From an uncultured candidate division Zixibacteria bacterium (GTDB taxonomy: Bacteria; Zixibacteria; MSB-5A5; GN15; FEB-12), in assembly GCA_963664195.1 (NCBI GenBank), contig OY760907.1:1632001-1696000 (forward strand): a stretch of 64,000 nucleotides of DNA, read 5' to 3'. This document shows, one piece after another, positions 9,141-18,551 of the stretch. The translations under genes were made by a program, and so were the position numbers. The notes below the pieces were generated by a model that was not told where the DNA came from, made no database searches, and worked only from the letters and a program-made list of their open reading frames with translations. Numbering within the stretch: the first letter of the stretch is position 1; every line of letters starts with the position of its first letter.

Positions 9141-10475
9141 ATGAACAAGGTCTCCTCACAAAAAATACTTCGCCCAATTGAGCTGCTCACCGGTCCACTT
9201 ATTCGTTTCTTGCACATAGAAGCGGCGAGCGGAGTCGTTCTTCTAGTCGCCACAGGTGTGGCGATCGCAGCGGCCAATTCGCCTCTCAGGGAAGCCTACG
9301 CCAAGTTCTGGGATTTGACTCTGAGTGTCGGGATTGGGGACTGGGGATTGTCATATCCACTCTGGTACTGGGTCAATGATGGTCTGATGGCAGTCTTCTT
9401 TTTCCTGGTCGGCCTTGAGATTAAGAGGGAGATTGTATTTGGCGAGCTTCGCGAAGTCCGCCGGGTTGTGTCCCCTGCAGTAGCCGCCATCGCCGGAGCT
9501 TCTGTACCGGCCGCTATTTATCTGATACTGTTGGGAGATCATCCGGGGCAACAGGGATGGGCGGTCCCGATGGCAACAGACATTGCGTTTGTCGTGGGAG
9601 CCCTGGCGCTGCTGGGGAGGCGAGTACCACACGGCTTGAAGGTCTTTCTGCTCACTCTCGCCATAGTGGATGACATCATTGCAGTACTAGTTATCGCCGT
9701 GTTTTACTCGAGTCAACTCAGCTTCGTCTGGTTGGCCGCTGCGATCGCGGGGATTGCAGTAGTCGTGATCATGAGAAGACTGGGAGTGCGTACAGTACTT
9801 GGATACCTGGTCATTGGAGCTGGTGTCTGGCTGTGCACCCTGAAATCCGGTATTCATCCGACCATTTCCGGTGTGGCTCTCGGGTTGCTCACTCCGGCCC
9901 TTCCCCTGGTTTCGCAAGAAAAGCTGGGTAGGGGACTGAAGCAGGCTCTGGACAGAGTAAGTGGTGGAAACCGGGCATCCGAGAGCGTGAAACTCAAGGA
10001 CACAGTCGAGGAAGTTGCCTTCACAACGCGCGAGTCACTGTCACCCCTGGAGCGGCTTGAAGCCGATATTCACCCCTGGGCGGCTTTCCTGATAATGCCG
10101 TTATTTGCTCTGGCAAACGCAGGCGTTCAGTTCTCGGGTGAGGCCATGTCGTCACCTCTTTCTGTAGCCGTATCCCTGGCCCTTCTCATCGGCAAGCCTC
10201 TTGGGATTGCCCTAAGTCTGCTGCTGATCGTGAAGACAGGTCTGGGAATCATGCCTGGCGGAACGAATTGGAGAGCAGTGGTAGGAAGCGGCTGTCTGGC
10301 GGGTATCGGCTTCACTATGTCTTTGTTCGTGGCGTCGCTCAGTCTGGAGGGTGGGCTCCTCGTGCAGGCAAAAACAGGGATATTGGTAGGCTCGGCTGTC
10401 AGCGGAGTTACTGGCTATGTGCTTATGAGGACGGCGTTGAGAAATTCGCCGGGAGATGTGGATGAGTCAACCTGA
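9141..10475 (+). CDS. nhaA: Na+/H+ antiporter NhaA
   Basis: WVNDGLMAVFFFLVGLEIKRE, GWAVPMATDIAF, LAIVDD, SGIHPTISGV, PLFALANAG, GIGFTMSLF. Confidence 0.95.
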   Translation: MNKVSSQKILRPIELLTGPLIRFLHIEAASGVVLLVATGVAIAAANSPLREAYAKFWDLTLSVGIGDWGLSYPLWYWVNDGLMAVFFFLVGLEIKREIVFGELREVRRVVSPAVAAIAGASVPAAIYLILLGDHPGQQGWAVPMATDIAFVVGALALLGRRVPHGLKVFLLTLAIVDDIIAVLVIAVFYSSQLSFVWLAAAIAGIAVVVIMRRLGVRTVLGYLVIGAGVWLCTLKSGIHPTISGVALGLLTPALPLVSQEKLGRGLKQALDRVSGGNRASESVKLKDTVEEVAFTTRESLSPLERLEADIHPWAAFLIMPLFALANAGVQFSGEAMSSPLSVAVSLALLIGKPLGIALSLLLIVKTGLGIMPGGTNWRAVVGSGCLAGIGFTMSLFVASLSLEGGLLVQAKTGILVGSAVSGVTGYVLMRTALRNSPGDVDEST

Positions 10476-10743
10476 GACCCGGTTCTGGCAAGCGCATTAG
10501 AGGTTGAGCCGCTTGATAGAGTGCCCTCTGTTAGATTGCACGCGCTCCTGCTTTGTTGAGGAAGCGCCTTTGGCATTTTGGACTGTCTGCTACTCATTGT
10601 GATCCGATTCACTCTCGTGCCCAAAAAACGGCATCAGCTCGGCCATTGCGGGGCGCGAGTCCCCTCCTGACTTCGCATGCGGTGGCGATATCTGATCTGC
10701 CGGCTTCGGACAACAATACCTTGGAAGTGACGTAAGTCGATAT

Positions 10744-11268
10744 ATGATTGATACCAGCAGATTGACACTGAGAAGGATGAGAGAGGATGATGCAGAAGCT
10801 CTGTTTGACATCTTCTCCGATCCGATTGCGATGCGCTACTTCGGCGTGGTTTTTGATCGACCCGGAATGGAAAAATGGGTTAAGGACAATCTTGAACACG
10901 AGCAACAGCACGGTTTCTCACTGCTTTCAGTCATCCTGAAGGATAGTAATCAGGTTATCGGCGATTGTGGTTTGGAAACAGATGAAATCGATGGCAGGCT
11001 GATGGTCGGCATTGGCTTCGATTTCAGGCGCTCCTATTGGGGCAGGGGATATGCGACTGAGGCTGCCAGGGCGGTACTGGAATATGGATTTACCAACTTC
11101 GAGTTTGAGAGTATCTGGGGCTGGATCGATCCACAGAATACGCCCTCGCGGCGGGTAGCGGAGAGGATAGGGATGCTGCTGGATAGACACGTTGATCGCG
11201 GAGGAAAGAAGTACGCGCTGTATAGCATCAAGAGGAGGAACTGGGAAACGATGAGACTGATAGAGTAA
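10744..11268 (+). CDS. GNAT N-acetyltransferase (RimJ/RimL-like)
   Basis: TSRLTLR, VIGDCGL, YWGRGYATEAA, NTPSRRVAERIGM. Confidence 0.9.
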   Translation: MIDTSRLTLRRMREDDAEALFDIFSDPIAMRYFGVVFDRPGMEKWVKDNLEHEQQHGFSLLSVILKDSNQVIGDCGLETDEIDGRLMVGIGFDFRRSYWGRGYATEAARAVLEYGFTNFEFESIWGWIDPQNTPSRRVAERIGMLLDRHVDRGGKKYALYSIKRRNWETMRLIE

Positions 11269-11374
11269 CGGAAGCTCTCAACAATGAGACTGAGGAATCC
11301 CCGGGCATGCCGAAATCATCTGAATCCTGACGCCGGCACCTCAAATCCTGCCTTTCAGAATGCAGAGCCACACC

Positions 11375-12880
11375 TCAGGCCGGGATCATGGCAATCGGGA
11401 GGTGCACACTGAAGGTTGTCCCACTGTCGACCGCACTGTCCACCGTGATATGCCCCCCGTGTTCCTCGATAATGCCTTTCGAGACCGACAGGCCAAGCCC
11501 CGTTCCCCGTGATGTCGCTTTGGTGGTGAAGAAGGGATCGAATATGGACGGCAGTATATGTGGAGGTATGCCGCAACCGTTGTCGTGGAACGTGAGCGTC
11601 ACATAGCCCGGGTCGGCCGGACGATGAGCGGCAATCTGGATTGCTCCTCCCTGTGGCATAGCGTCGAGGGCGTTGAGTATGAGGTTGAGGAATACCTGGC
11701 CCAGTAGCTGCCGGTCGCCGTGGATTGGCGGAAGGGTTTCGGGAATCGATACCTCGACTGTCGCCTTCTTCAGTTTCACCTGATTCTGTGTCAATTTCAT
11801 AGTCTCGGCAATGAGCTGCCTGAGGTCCAGACTTTCAGTGTGTATCTCAGCTTCTCTCGCAAAGTCCAGCAGATTCTTGACAATTCTCTCGGAGCGTTCG
11901 GCTTCCTTCACCAGGTCTCTGACCATGTCGAGTTTCTCGTCGTCGTCGAGCGTGTCATAATCCTCTTCCAGCGAGGCGGCGGTCAGCATGATATTGTTCA
12001 GCGGGTTGTTCAATTCGTGGGCCACACCGGCAGTGAGCGTGCCAATAGCGCGGAGCTTGTGTGATTCTATCATCTGCTCCTGACGGCTCTTCAACTCGTA
12101 CATCATGTGGTTGAGGGCCAGGACCACGTTGGTGAATTCATCACGATATTTCCGTGCCGGTCTGATCGGGGTCAGATTGCCTTCGCCGATCTGTTGGGTA
12201 AGTTCCATGAGTCGACCCAGGGGGCGATTGATCTGGCGGAAAAGAAGATTGGTTACGTAGATAGCGATTGCCAGCAGCAGTACGAGAAACAGCATAGGGA
12301 ACAGCCTGGCCCACCAGAACATTGTCCTTACCAGTCGATGTTCTCTCTCTGAAAGCTCAAGGGCAAAGGAAATCATCTGTGAGCCGTGTTCGCGCAACTC
12401 GTTTTCGAGAGTGGGCGGGATCTGCGCGAGACTGTCTCCGGTCGCTTTTTCAGCAACCGGAAGCTTTTGTATCAGTGCTTTGTATCTAGCAAGGTGGGCC
12501 GCGAGGACAGTGAGATTCTCTTCCCCCAGAACGCCGCTCAATTCGGGTGCAGACTCTGTCATGAGGCTTTCAGCGGCGTTTACATGGTCCAGGACAAACT
12601 GCAGATCGCTGTGATAGAGCAGGTAGTTCTTCTCGAACCGCCTGGCCTGCTGTATTTCGCTGGTGTATCTGTCGGCGATCACCAGGAAGCGAGTCTTGCT
12701 GTCAAGTCGATCGAGAGTAATGAAGGCGGTTATTTCAGCGGCCGCATACAGAACGAAGAACAACAGGAAGCCCAATAGAAGCCGCGAGCGGATACTGAAG
12801 CTGGGCCGTTCCAGAAGGGCCTTTCTGGATTGGCTCTCCACATCCTCCGTGGCGCGGTTTCGACCGTATTCCTGGCTCAC
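11375..12880 (-). CDS. Membrane sensor histidine kinase (periplasmic helical sensor, HAMP, HisKA, HATPase)
   Basis: Two TM helices; H-box AGVAHELNNPL; N-box LNLILNALDAM; DNGCGI; FDPFFTTK; GTGLGL. Confidence 0.93.
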   Translation of the reverse strand: MSQEYGRNRATEDVESQSRKALLERPSFSIRSRLLLGFLLFFVLYAAAEITAFITLDRLDSKTRFLVIADRYTSEIQQARRFEKNYLLYHSDLQFVLDHVNAAESLMTESAPELSGVLGEENLTVLAAHLARYKALIQKLPVAEKATGDSLAQIPPTLENELREHGSQMISFALELSEREHRLVRTMFWWARLFPMLFLVLLLAIAIYVTNLLFRQINRPLGRLMELTQQIGEGNLTPIRPARKYRDEFTNVVLALNHMMYELKSRQEQMIESHKLRAIGTLTAGVAHELNNPLNNIMLTAASLEEDYDTLDDDEKLDMVRDLVKEAERSERIVKNLLDFAREAEIHTESLDLRQLIAETMKLTQNQVKLKKATVEVSIPETLPPIHGDRQLLGQVFLNLILNALDAMPQGGAIQIAAHRPADPGYVTLTFHDNGCGIPPHILPSIFDPFFTTKATSRGTGLGLSVSKGIIEEHGGHITVDSAVDSGTTFSVHLPIAMIPA

Positions 12881-12884
12881 GCTT

Positions 12885-13268
12885 TCATCCTTCAGTTTTC
12901 AGGAGGTCGGCCGCTCTCTGTATGACTTCTCTAAGCTCATTTGGTTTGAACGGCTTGGCTATGACATCGAATGCCCCCTTGGCCAGGGCCTCTCGCGTAA
13001 CCTCAATCGTGGCATAGCCGGTGATGATGATGACCTTGGTGCGCGGTGCGGCGGCCATTACCCGGGTCAAGACCTCAATGCCATCGATATCGTCCATTCG
13101 GAAATCGGTCACAACGATATCAAAAGTGATCTCGTCAAGGCGCTTCAGGGCAGCGCCTCCATTGCCGTAGAACTCTACCTCGTAGCCGGATTTCTCCAAT
13201 GCTGGTGTAAGCCGTTTGCCAACAATCGGCTCGTCATCAATCACGATCACTTTAAGCTTGTTAGTCAA
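12885..13268 (-). CDS. Single-domain response regulator (REC only)
   Basis: VIDDE, VVTDFRM, IITG, AKPF. TTG start after RBS GGAGG. Confidence 0.9.
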   Translation of the reverse strand: MTNKLKVIVIDDEPIVGKRLTPALEKSGYEVEFYGNGGAALKRLDEITFDIVVTDFRMDDIDGIEVLTRVMAAAPRTKVIIITGYATIEVTREALAKGAFDVIAKPFKPNELREVIQRAADLLKTEG

Positions 13269-13600
13269 GCCTCCTCCTCTCAGCAATACTATTCGTCGGT
13301 CTTCGGGAAATATCTTGTGTTGTCTCGTTCGATTTCGTCATCATTGATGGAATCTCGGCGTGTCGGTTTCCTGCGAGTGATTTTCATGTCTCGATACAGA
13401 TGTCTGCCGTCAGTATCCGCAACTCCTTCAGTGGTTGATTTCGCCGCCCGGTCAATCCGGAGTCTTCCGATTTAGAATTATGACTTGCTATAACCTAACA
13501 AAATATAGCATAATAGTCACGAAAGTCTATAGCCCGTTTTCTCATCAAGTAAGACTTCGAGAACTCACGGGTCGTACGCCAAACAAGCAGGGACATGATT

Positions 13601-15118
13601 ATGTCGGTGACTACGGTATCGAGAGGAACCCTCGTCGGCGGAAAAGAGTTGGCGACCCGTTTGGCCAACAGTTTGGGTTGCGCCTGTGTCAGCCGTGAAG
13701 ACCTGACAGAAGAGGCTACCAGGCTGGGAGTCCCGACCGGGAAACTCCAGATGGCGATGGTCAAGCCGCCCCGCGTCTACGAAAGGATGGGTCGGGAGCG
13801 TGACCAGTATCTGGCCTGCATGACAATGCTGTTGTGCGAGAGGATTCTCAAAGAGGATATTGTGTACTATGGCCACGCCGCACAGATGCTTCTTTGTGGT
13901 GTTCCCAACGTCTTGAGAGTGCGGATTCTGGCGCATCCTGAATTCCGCATAGCGTCGGTTATCCATAAACTGGGATTGAGCCGGCGCAAAGCCAAAGAAT
14001 ACATTCAGAAAGTGGATGAGGACCGTGAGAGATGGGTGCGCTTCCTGTATGGGGTTGATTGGAGTGACCCGGCCCATTACGACCTTGTCATACACCTGGA
14101 CCAGATGGGCGTAAACAACACCGCCACAGCGGTTTTGGCAGTCTCTCAATTGCCGGATTTCAAACTGACTCCTGCTTCGACCCGGGCACTGAAGAATCTT
14201 CATCTTGGCAGCAAGGCGCATTTCACTCTATCCCGCGATCCCCGGACCAGCTATGCCAACGTGAGGGTTTCGGCCGATGACGGAATTGTTCAGGTCACTT
14301 ACCTCCCCCAGCAGGCGGAGGTTGTGCCGTACGTTCAGGATGTGCTTTCACCTATTGAGGGCATCAGGAGTATTAGTACCACCATTGCTCAGAGCAGTGT
14401 CCTCTTCCTGCAGGATGAGTTCAATCACCGGGCTGGAGGGTTTGAGGACGTAATAAAGGTTGCTCGGACGTGGGATGCCGCAGTGGAACTGATGCGTTTC
14501 ACTCAGGTCGGGGACCTGCTTCAGCCGGAGGACCCGGATTTGGGAACCTCCCGGCCCGTTGTTGGCAGGGTCAGTACCGATGAGGCTTACACGGGTGGGA
14601 TCGAAGATGATATCGACTGTGCAAAACCTGTAGACGAGGAGTTCAGTCGCTGCCTCGATGAGTTGAGACGACACGATTGTTCAGGGGGGAGTTCGACGTT
14701 TTGTGGGAGTTCCGAGTCGCTGTTGAACCGAATCGGACGAACCAATTACAGCATGATCGTTCTTGGTGAGATGTTCAAGGACAAGACTGAATCGACACGG
14801 GTCAGATTAAGGGATGAACTGAAGAGCTTCCTTGTAGACAACACGGACATTCCGGTTATAGATACGTCTGAGTTGTCGGAGCGTTTCCGGTTTGGGCCGA
14901 AACAGTTGTTCCGTTTGGTTGGTGCCCTGGCAGTTTCAGTGGCGCTCTTTATGGCCCTGTTTGCTCATCAGGAACAAGTGACCACTTTTATGGTCGGTGA
15001 GGAGTATCGGCACCTTCGCGTCCTGGCGATTGCGCTGACGCTATTCGTTGTGCCGTTGTTCGCCGTTTCTTTCGGCACGTTTACTCGCGAACTTCTGAGA
15101 TTGTTCAGGTTGGAGTAG
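13601..15118 (+). CDS. Cytidylate-kinase-like family protein with BON-like middle domain and two C-terminal TM helices
   Basis: TTVSRGTLVGGKELA, LRVRILA, DEDRERWVRFLYGVDWSDPAHYDLVI; hydrophobic C-terminal hairpin. Confidence 0.8.
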   Translation: MSVTTVSRGTLVGGKELATRLANSLGCACVSREDLTEEATRLGVPTGKLQMAMVKPPRVYERMGRERDQYLACMTMLLCERILKEDIVYYGHAAQMLLCGVPNVLRVRILAHPEFRIASVIHKLGLSRRKAKEYIQKVDEDRERWVRFLYGVDWSDPAHYDLVIHLDQMGVNNTATAVLAVSQLPDFKLTPASTRALKNLHLGSKAHFTLSRDPRTSYANVRVSADDGIVQVTYLPQQAEVVPYVQDVLSPIEGIRSISTTIAQSSVLFLQDEFNHRAGGFEDVIKVARTWDAAVELMRFTQVGDLLQPEDPDLGTSRPVVGRVSTDEAYTGGIEDDIDCAKPVDEEFSRCLDELRRHDCSGGSSTFCGSSESLLNRIGRTNYSMIVLGEMFKDKTESTRVRLRDELKSFLVDNTDIPVIDTSELSERFRFGPKQLFRLVGALAVSVALFMALFAHQEQVTTFMVGEEYRHLRVLAIALTLFVVPLFAVSFGTFTRELLRLFRLE

Positions 15119-15167
15119 TGAGGCAGAGTCCGGTGGAGGCCGGGGAGTCTAAAAGGAGCACAAACGT

Positions 15168-16253
15168 ATGATGGGTGTAGAAGGGTTTCTTTCGCTCGAG
15201 TGGTCAAATGCTCTACAGGTGGTAGTGCTGGGTTTCATTGGTGGCGTTCTGAGCGGTTTCATTGGCAGCGGCGGCGCCTTCTTCATGACTCCAGGTATGA
15301 TGAATCTGGGCGTTCCCGGGGTGATTGCTGTTGGCACCAATATTACTCATAAGTTTGGCAAAGCCCTGGTTGGCTCCAGGCGACACGGTGAAATGGGGCA
15401 CGTTGATAAAAAACTCGGGCTGTTTATGCTGATTACGGCCTTTGTCGGGGTCAAGATTGCCGTCTGGCTGAATGAGACAATGTTCCGTATGGGCGGGGAC
15501 GGTCACGGCGGTTCCAGCAGTGCTGCCGGTGACTTGTACATCAGCGCCATCTTCGTGTTTGTGCTGTCGATTGTGTCGATACTGATTCTCCGGGACGCGC
15601 TCAGGAGCGGCGTGGAGGGGGAGGGGCCGTCAACCAAGCTGGCCGAGCTTTTCTCAAAAGTGACGATTGGACCGATGATCACTTTCAAAACGGCCGACGT
15701 AACGCTCTCATTCTGGATCGTTGCGGTGGCAGGTCTCCTTACCGGATACCTTGCCGGCACGATCGGTGTGGGGGGATTCATCGGTGTCCCCGCGATGATC
15801 TATGTTTTCGGTGTTCCAACGGCGGTTGCCGCAGGCACCGAGTTGTTCCTCGCCATGTTTCTGGGGGCCTGGGGCGCGATAAACTATGCGATGGGAGGAT
15901 TCGTCGACTTGCGTTTGGTGTTCCTGCTATATCTTGGATCACTCTCCGGTATTCACATCGGCGCCTACGGCACCAAAGTCTGCAAAGAAAGAATGATAAG
16001 ACTTGTCACCTCTGTCATCATTCTCCTTTGTGTCTTCAGCCGGGCTATGAACATCCCCGTATACCTTCACAGTCTTGAAATGATCGACATGTCCGCCGAA
16101 TCGGACCAGTTGTTTGCCTTCCTGTCGAAGATGCTTCTCTTTTTCGGTGGTATTGCAGGTGTCCTGGTTATCCTGATCTCGGTGTTCAGGGCCTACCTCC
16201 GACGACGCAAAGCCCAGGACGTTCTGTCCAAGTTGGACCACCAACCCCTGTGA
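15168..16253 (+). CDS. Sulfite exporter TauE/SafE (TSUP) family membrane protein
   Basis: GGVLSGFIGSGGAFFMTP, AVGTN, second repeat GTIGVGGFIGVP...AAGTEL; RBS AAGGAG. Confidence 0.88.
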   Translation: MMGVEGFLSLEWSNALQVVVLGFIGGVLSGFIGSGGAFFMTPGMMNLGVPGVIAVGTNITHKFGKALVGSRRHGEMGHVDKKLGLFMLITAFVGVKIAVWLNETMFRMGGDGHGGSSSAAGDLYISAIFVFVLSIVSILILRDALRSGVEGEGPSTKLAELFSKVTIGPMITFKTADVTLSFWIVAVAGLLTGYLAGTIGVGGFIGVPAMIYVFGVPTAVAAGTELFLAMFLGAWGAINYAMGGFVDLRLVFLLYLGSLSGIHIGAYGTKVCKERMIRLVTSVIILLCVFSRAMNIPVYLHSLEMIDMSAESDQLFAFLSKMLLFFGGIAGVLVILISVFRAYLRRRKAQDVLSKLDHQPL

Positions 16254-16531
16254 CACCGGCTTGCAATTATCGCCCAACGGACAACGCGCCCGTAATAGAA
16301 TGATACCGTCCACAAGGCAAAACAGGTCGCTACATGCACTCTGCTCCCCTGGGGTGGGACATTTCGCAGTCATCCGGATACCGAACCCGGGTCGAAGATT
16401 TCGGCGATGGGCCACCGGGTGCCGGGACAATTGTCACGATGAAGGAACAAGCGTACAGTCTGTGAGGCCGGTTACGGCGTGAGGAGTGTGACTCATGCGG
16501 CAAGGAACCGGTTGTACTGGAAGATGATGAG

Positions 16532-17563
16532 ATGATAGCGATTACGTGGGTTGGTATAAGCATTTGTATCGTGCATTCGGCGATTTTTTCAGGGCTGAAT
16601 CTGGCTCTCTTCGGGCTTACGCGACTGCGCCTCGAGGTAGAGGCCGAGTCCGGAAATCAGCATGCGATCCGGATACTTGAACTCCGGAAAGACTCCCACT
16701 ACCTGCTGACGACCATTTTGTGGGGTAACGTCGCCTTCAATACGCTTCTGGCGATATTGTCGAATTCGGCCCTGACGGGAGTCATGGCGTTTGTCTTCTC
16801 AACTCTCTTCATCACGTTTTTTGGAGAGATATTGCCGCAGGCGTACTTCTCCAAGCATGCTCTCCGAACGGGGTCGATGTTGGTGCCGGTGATCAGGTTC
16901 TATCAGATTGTCCTCTATCCGCTGGCGAAACCCACCGGATTGCTGCTCGACAAATGGTTGGGAGAGGACGGTATCAAGTACTGGCGGGAGCACCAACTCA
17001 GGGAGGTTATTCAGAAACACATCGAGGCAGACGAAGCCGATGTGGACAGGCTTGAAGGTTTGGGAGCGCTCAACTTTTTGTCCCTGGATGATCTGCCGGT
17101 TGACCACGAAGGAGAGAACCTGTTAGCGGAAAGTCTTGTCAAACTCCCGACGGCTAATGGCGAAGTAGTGTTTCCGACAGTGACGCGATCTTCGGAAGAC
17201 CCGTTTCTTCAGAGCATCCAGAAATCCGGAGAGAAGTGGGTTGTAATCATCAATGAACTTGAGAAGCCGATGCTGGCCGTTGATGCCGACGGGTTTCTGC
17301 GCGAAGCGCTGTTCGGTTCGGGAGATTTCGACCCCCGTCCCTTTTGTCACCGTCCGGTCATAGTCACCGACGAAGACGTTGCGATTGGCGATGTTCTGTG
17401 CCGCTTGCAGGTGGAGGCCCAGAACGCCGAAGACGACGTCGTGGATCGCGACATAATACTGCTCTGGACGACGCGACGACGTATCATCACTGGGGCTGAT
17501 ATTCTGGGACGTTTGCTTCGCGGCATAGTGGTGCGGCGGGGTGACCTGGCAATTCGCGAATAG
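16532..17563 (+). CDS. DUF21/CNNM-domain membrane protein (CorB-like Mg2+ transport family)
   Basis: SAIFSGLNLALFGL, LLTTILWGNV, FGEILPQA, YPLAKP; degenerate CBS-like C-terminus. Confidence 0.85.
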   Translation: MIAITWVGISICIVHSAIFSGLNLALFGLTRLRLEVEAESGNQHAIRILELRKDSHYLLTTILWGNVAFNTLLAILSNSALTGVMAFVFSTLFITFFGEILPQAYFSKHALRTGSMLVPVIRFYQIVLYPLAKPTGLLLDKWLGEDGIKYWREHQLREVIQKHIEADEADVDRLEGLGALNFLSLDDLPVDHEGENLLAESLVKLPTANGEVVFPTVTRSSEDPFLQSIQKSGEKWVVIINELEKPMLAVDADGFLREALFGSGDFDPRPFCHRPVIVTDEDVAIGDVLCRLQVEAQNAEDDVVDRDIILLWTTRRRIITGADILGRLLRGIVVRRGDLAIRE

Positions 17564-17573
17564 CAGGAAGCGA

Positions 17574-17610
17574 GACGGGTCTTCCGACCTTTCGGTTGGC
17601 GAAACCCGTC
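17574..17610. terminator. Hairpin between convergent genes, possibly a bidirectional terminator
   Basis: Outer stem GACGGGT/ACCCGTC around inner stem CCGACC-TTTC-GGTTGG. Confidence 0.5.
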
Positions 17611-17619
17611 CGATGCTCC

Positions 17620-18099
17620 TCAGTATCCCATACTTTTAAGAATCCTCGAGAGTGCGATCAGGCGCTCACTTATCAACTCATCGTCTTTGCTTTGGGATTG
17701 CGCAAAGAGCTGGATGTCTTCATCGAGACATTCGTTGGCTGTGCAAACCTCTATCGACATAGCGTCGCCCTGGAGTGGTATGCGATCAATGCGCGGATTG
17801 TCTGGGTCGTAGAGTTTCTCCATACGATATGCCTCGCGGAAGTACTCCTTGGAACGGCAGACCAGTATCGCAAGATCAAGAACCCGATGCAGGGGAAGCT
17901 CTTCGGACTGGCGAGACCATTTCTCTCCTGTGTGGCGCCAGATTTTGGCTGACACGTCGACTTTGCCGCGGTCGTTCCACTGAGCCAGGCCAAGCGACAT
18001 GCCTTTGGCGTCCGTGTCGTTTGCGTACCGTCCGTCTACATTTTCGTAATTCGGTACGGTGATCACGGGTTTGTGCCTCAACGTAGTCGGGATATCCAT
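17620..18099 (-). CDS. DUF6530-like conserved hypothetical protein
   Basis: IPTTLRHKPVI...YENVDGRYA...SLGLAQWNDRGKVDVSAKIWRHTGEKWSRQSEELPLHRVLDLA; RBS GAAAGG. Confidence 0.8.
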   Translation of the reverse strand: MDIPTTLRHKPVITVPNYENVDGRYANDTDAKGMSLGLAQWNDRGKVDVSAKIWRHTGEKWSRQSEELPLHRVLDLAILVCRSKEYFREAYRMEKLYDPDNPRIDRIPLQGDAMSIEVCTANECLDEDIQLFAQSQSKDDELISERLIALSRILKSMGY

Positions 18100-18122
18100 A
18101 AGCCTTTCCAATTCTGTATTCG

Positions 18123-18146
18123 TAGTAATTTAGTAAATTAGTACAC
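18123..18146. promoter_or_regulatory. Operator-like AT-rich site upstream of the DUF6530-like gene
   Basis: Perfect inverted repeat TAATTTA-G-TAAATTA (18126-18140) inside three 8-bp-period TAGTA repeats. Confidence 0.55.
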
Positions 18147-18551
18147 TACTGGCCTAAAATTGTCAAGGATATTCTTCCACAAGGGGGGCTGGCGCCCCCG
18201 CCACAATGCCAAAGCCTGCCCGGATGCAGGGACTTCGGCAATGTGGCAATATCCCGCTGATTTGCGTCCCAGGTCCCAAGACGCTAGGCACATCCCTCAT
18301 AAGTGAGCTTCTCTCATTTAAAATCTGCACTTCGTAGAGGTATGGCCGGAGTGACGGAGTGATCGCCACAACTTGTTATCCCATAGCAAGGTAGCAAATC
18401 ATGGTACTCCCCGTTTCGCTTGCTTAGACCAATTCAAATCAGTTAGAACTTGCTGACGGCCACTTTGTTCTAGGACTTTGAGGCTATATGACTATCTTGG
18501 CCGACCATTCATCGCGTAATTTTCACTCGATTAGATAGGACTTGAACACTA

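Noticed and set aside
13289..13387. 32-aa minus-strand ORF MKITRRKPTRR... upstream of the REC gene
   Set aside because: No clear RBS at proper spacing and no recognisable motif; cannot be supported.
12663..13475. 270-aa plus-strand ORF
   Set aside because: Antisense to the HK and REC genes, with no motifs.
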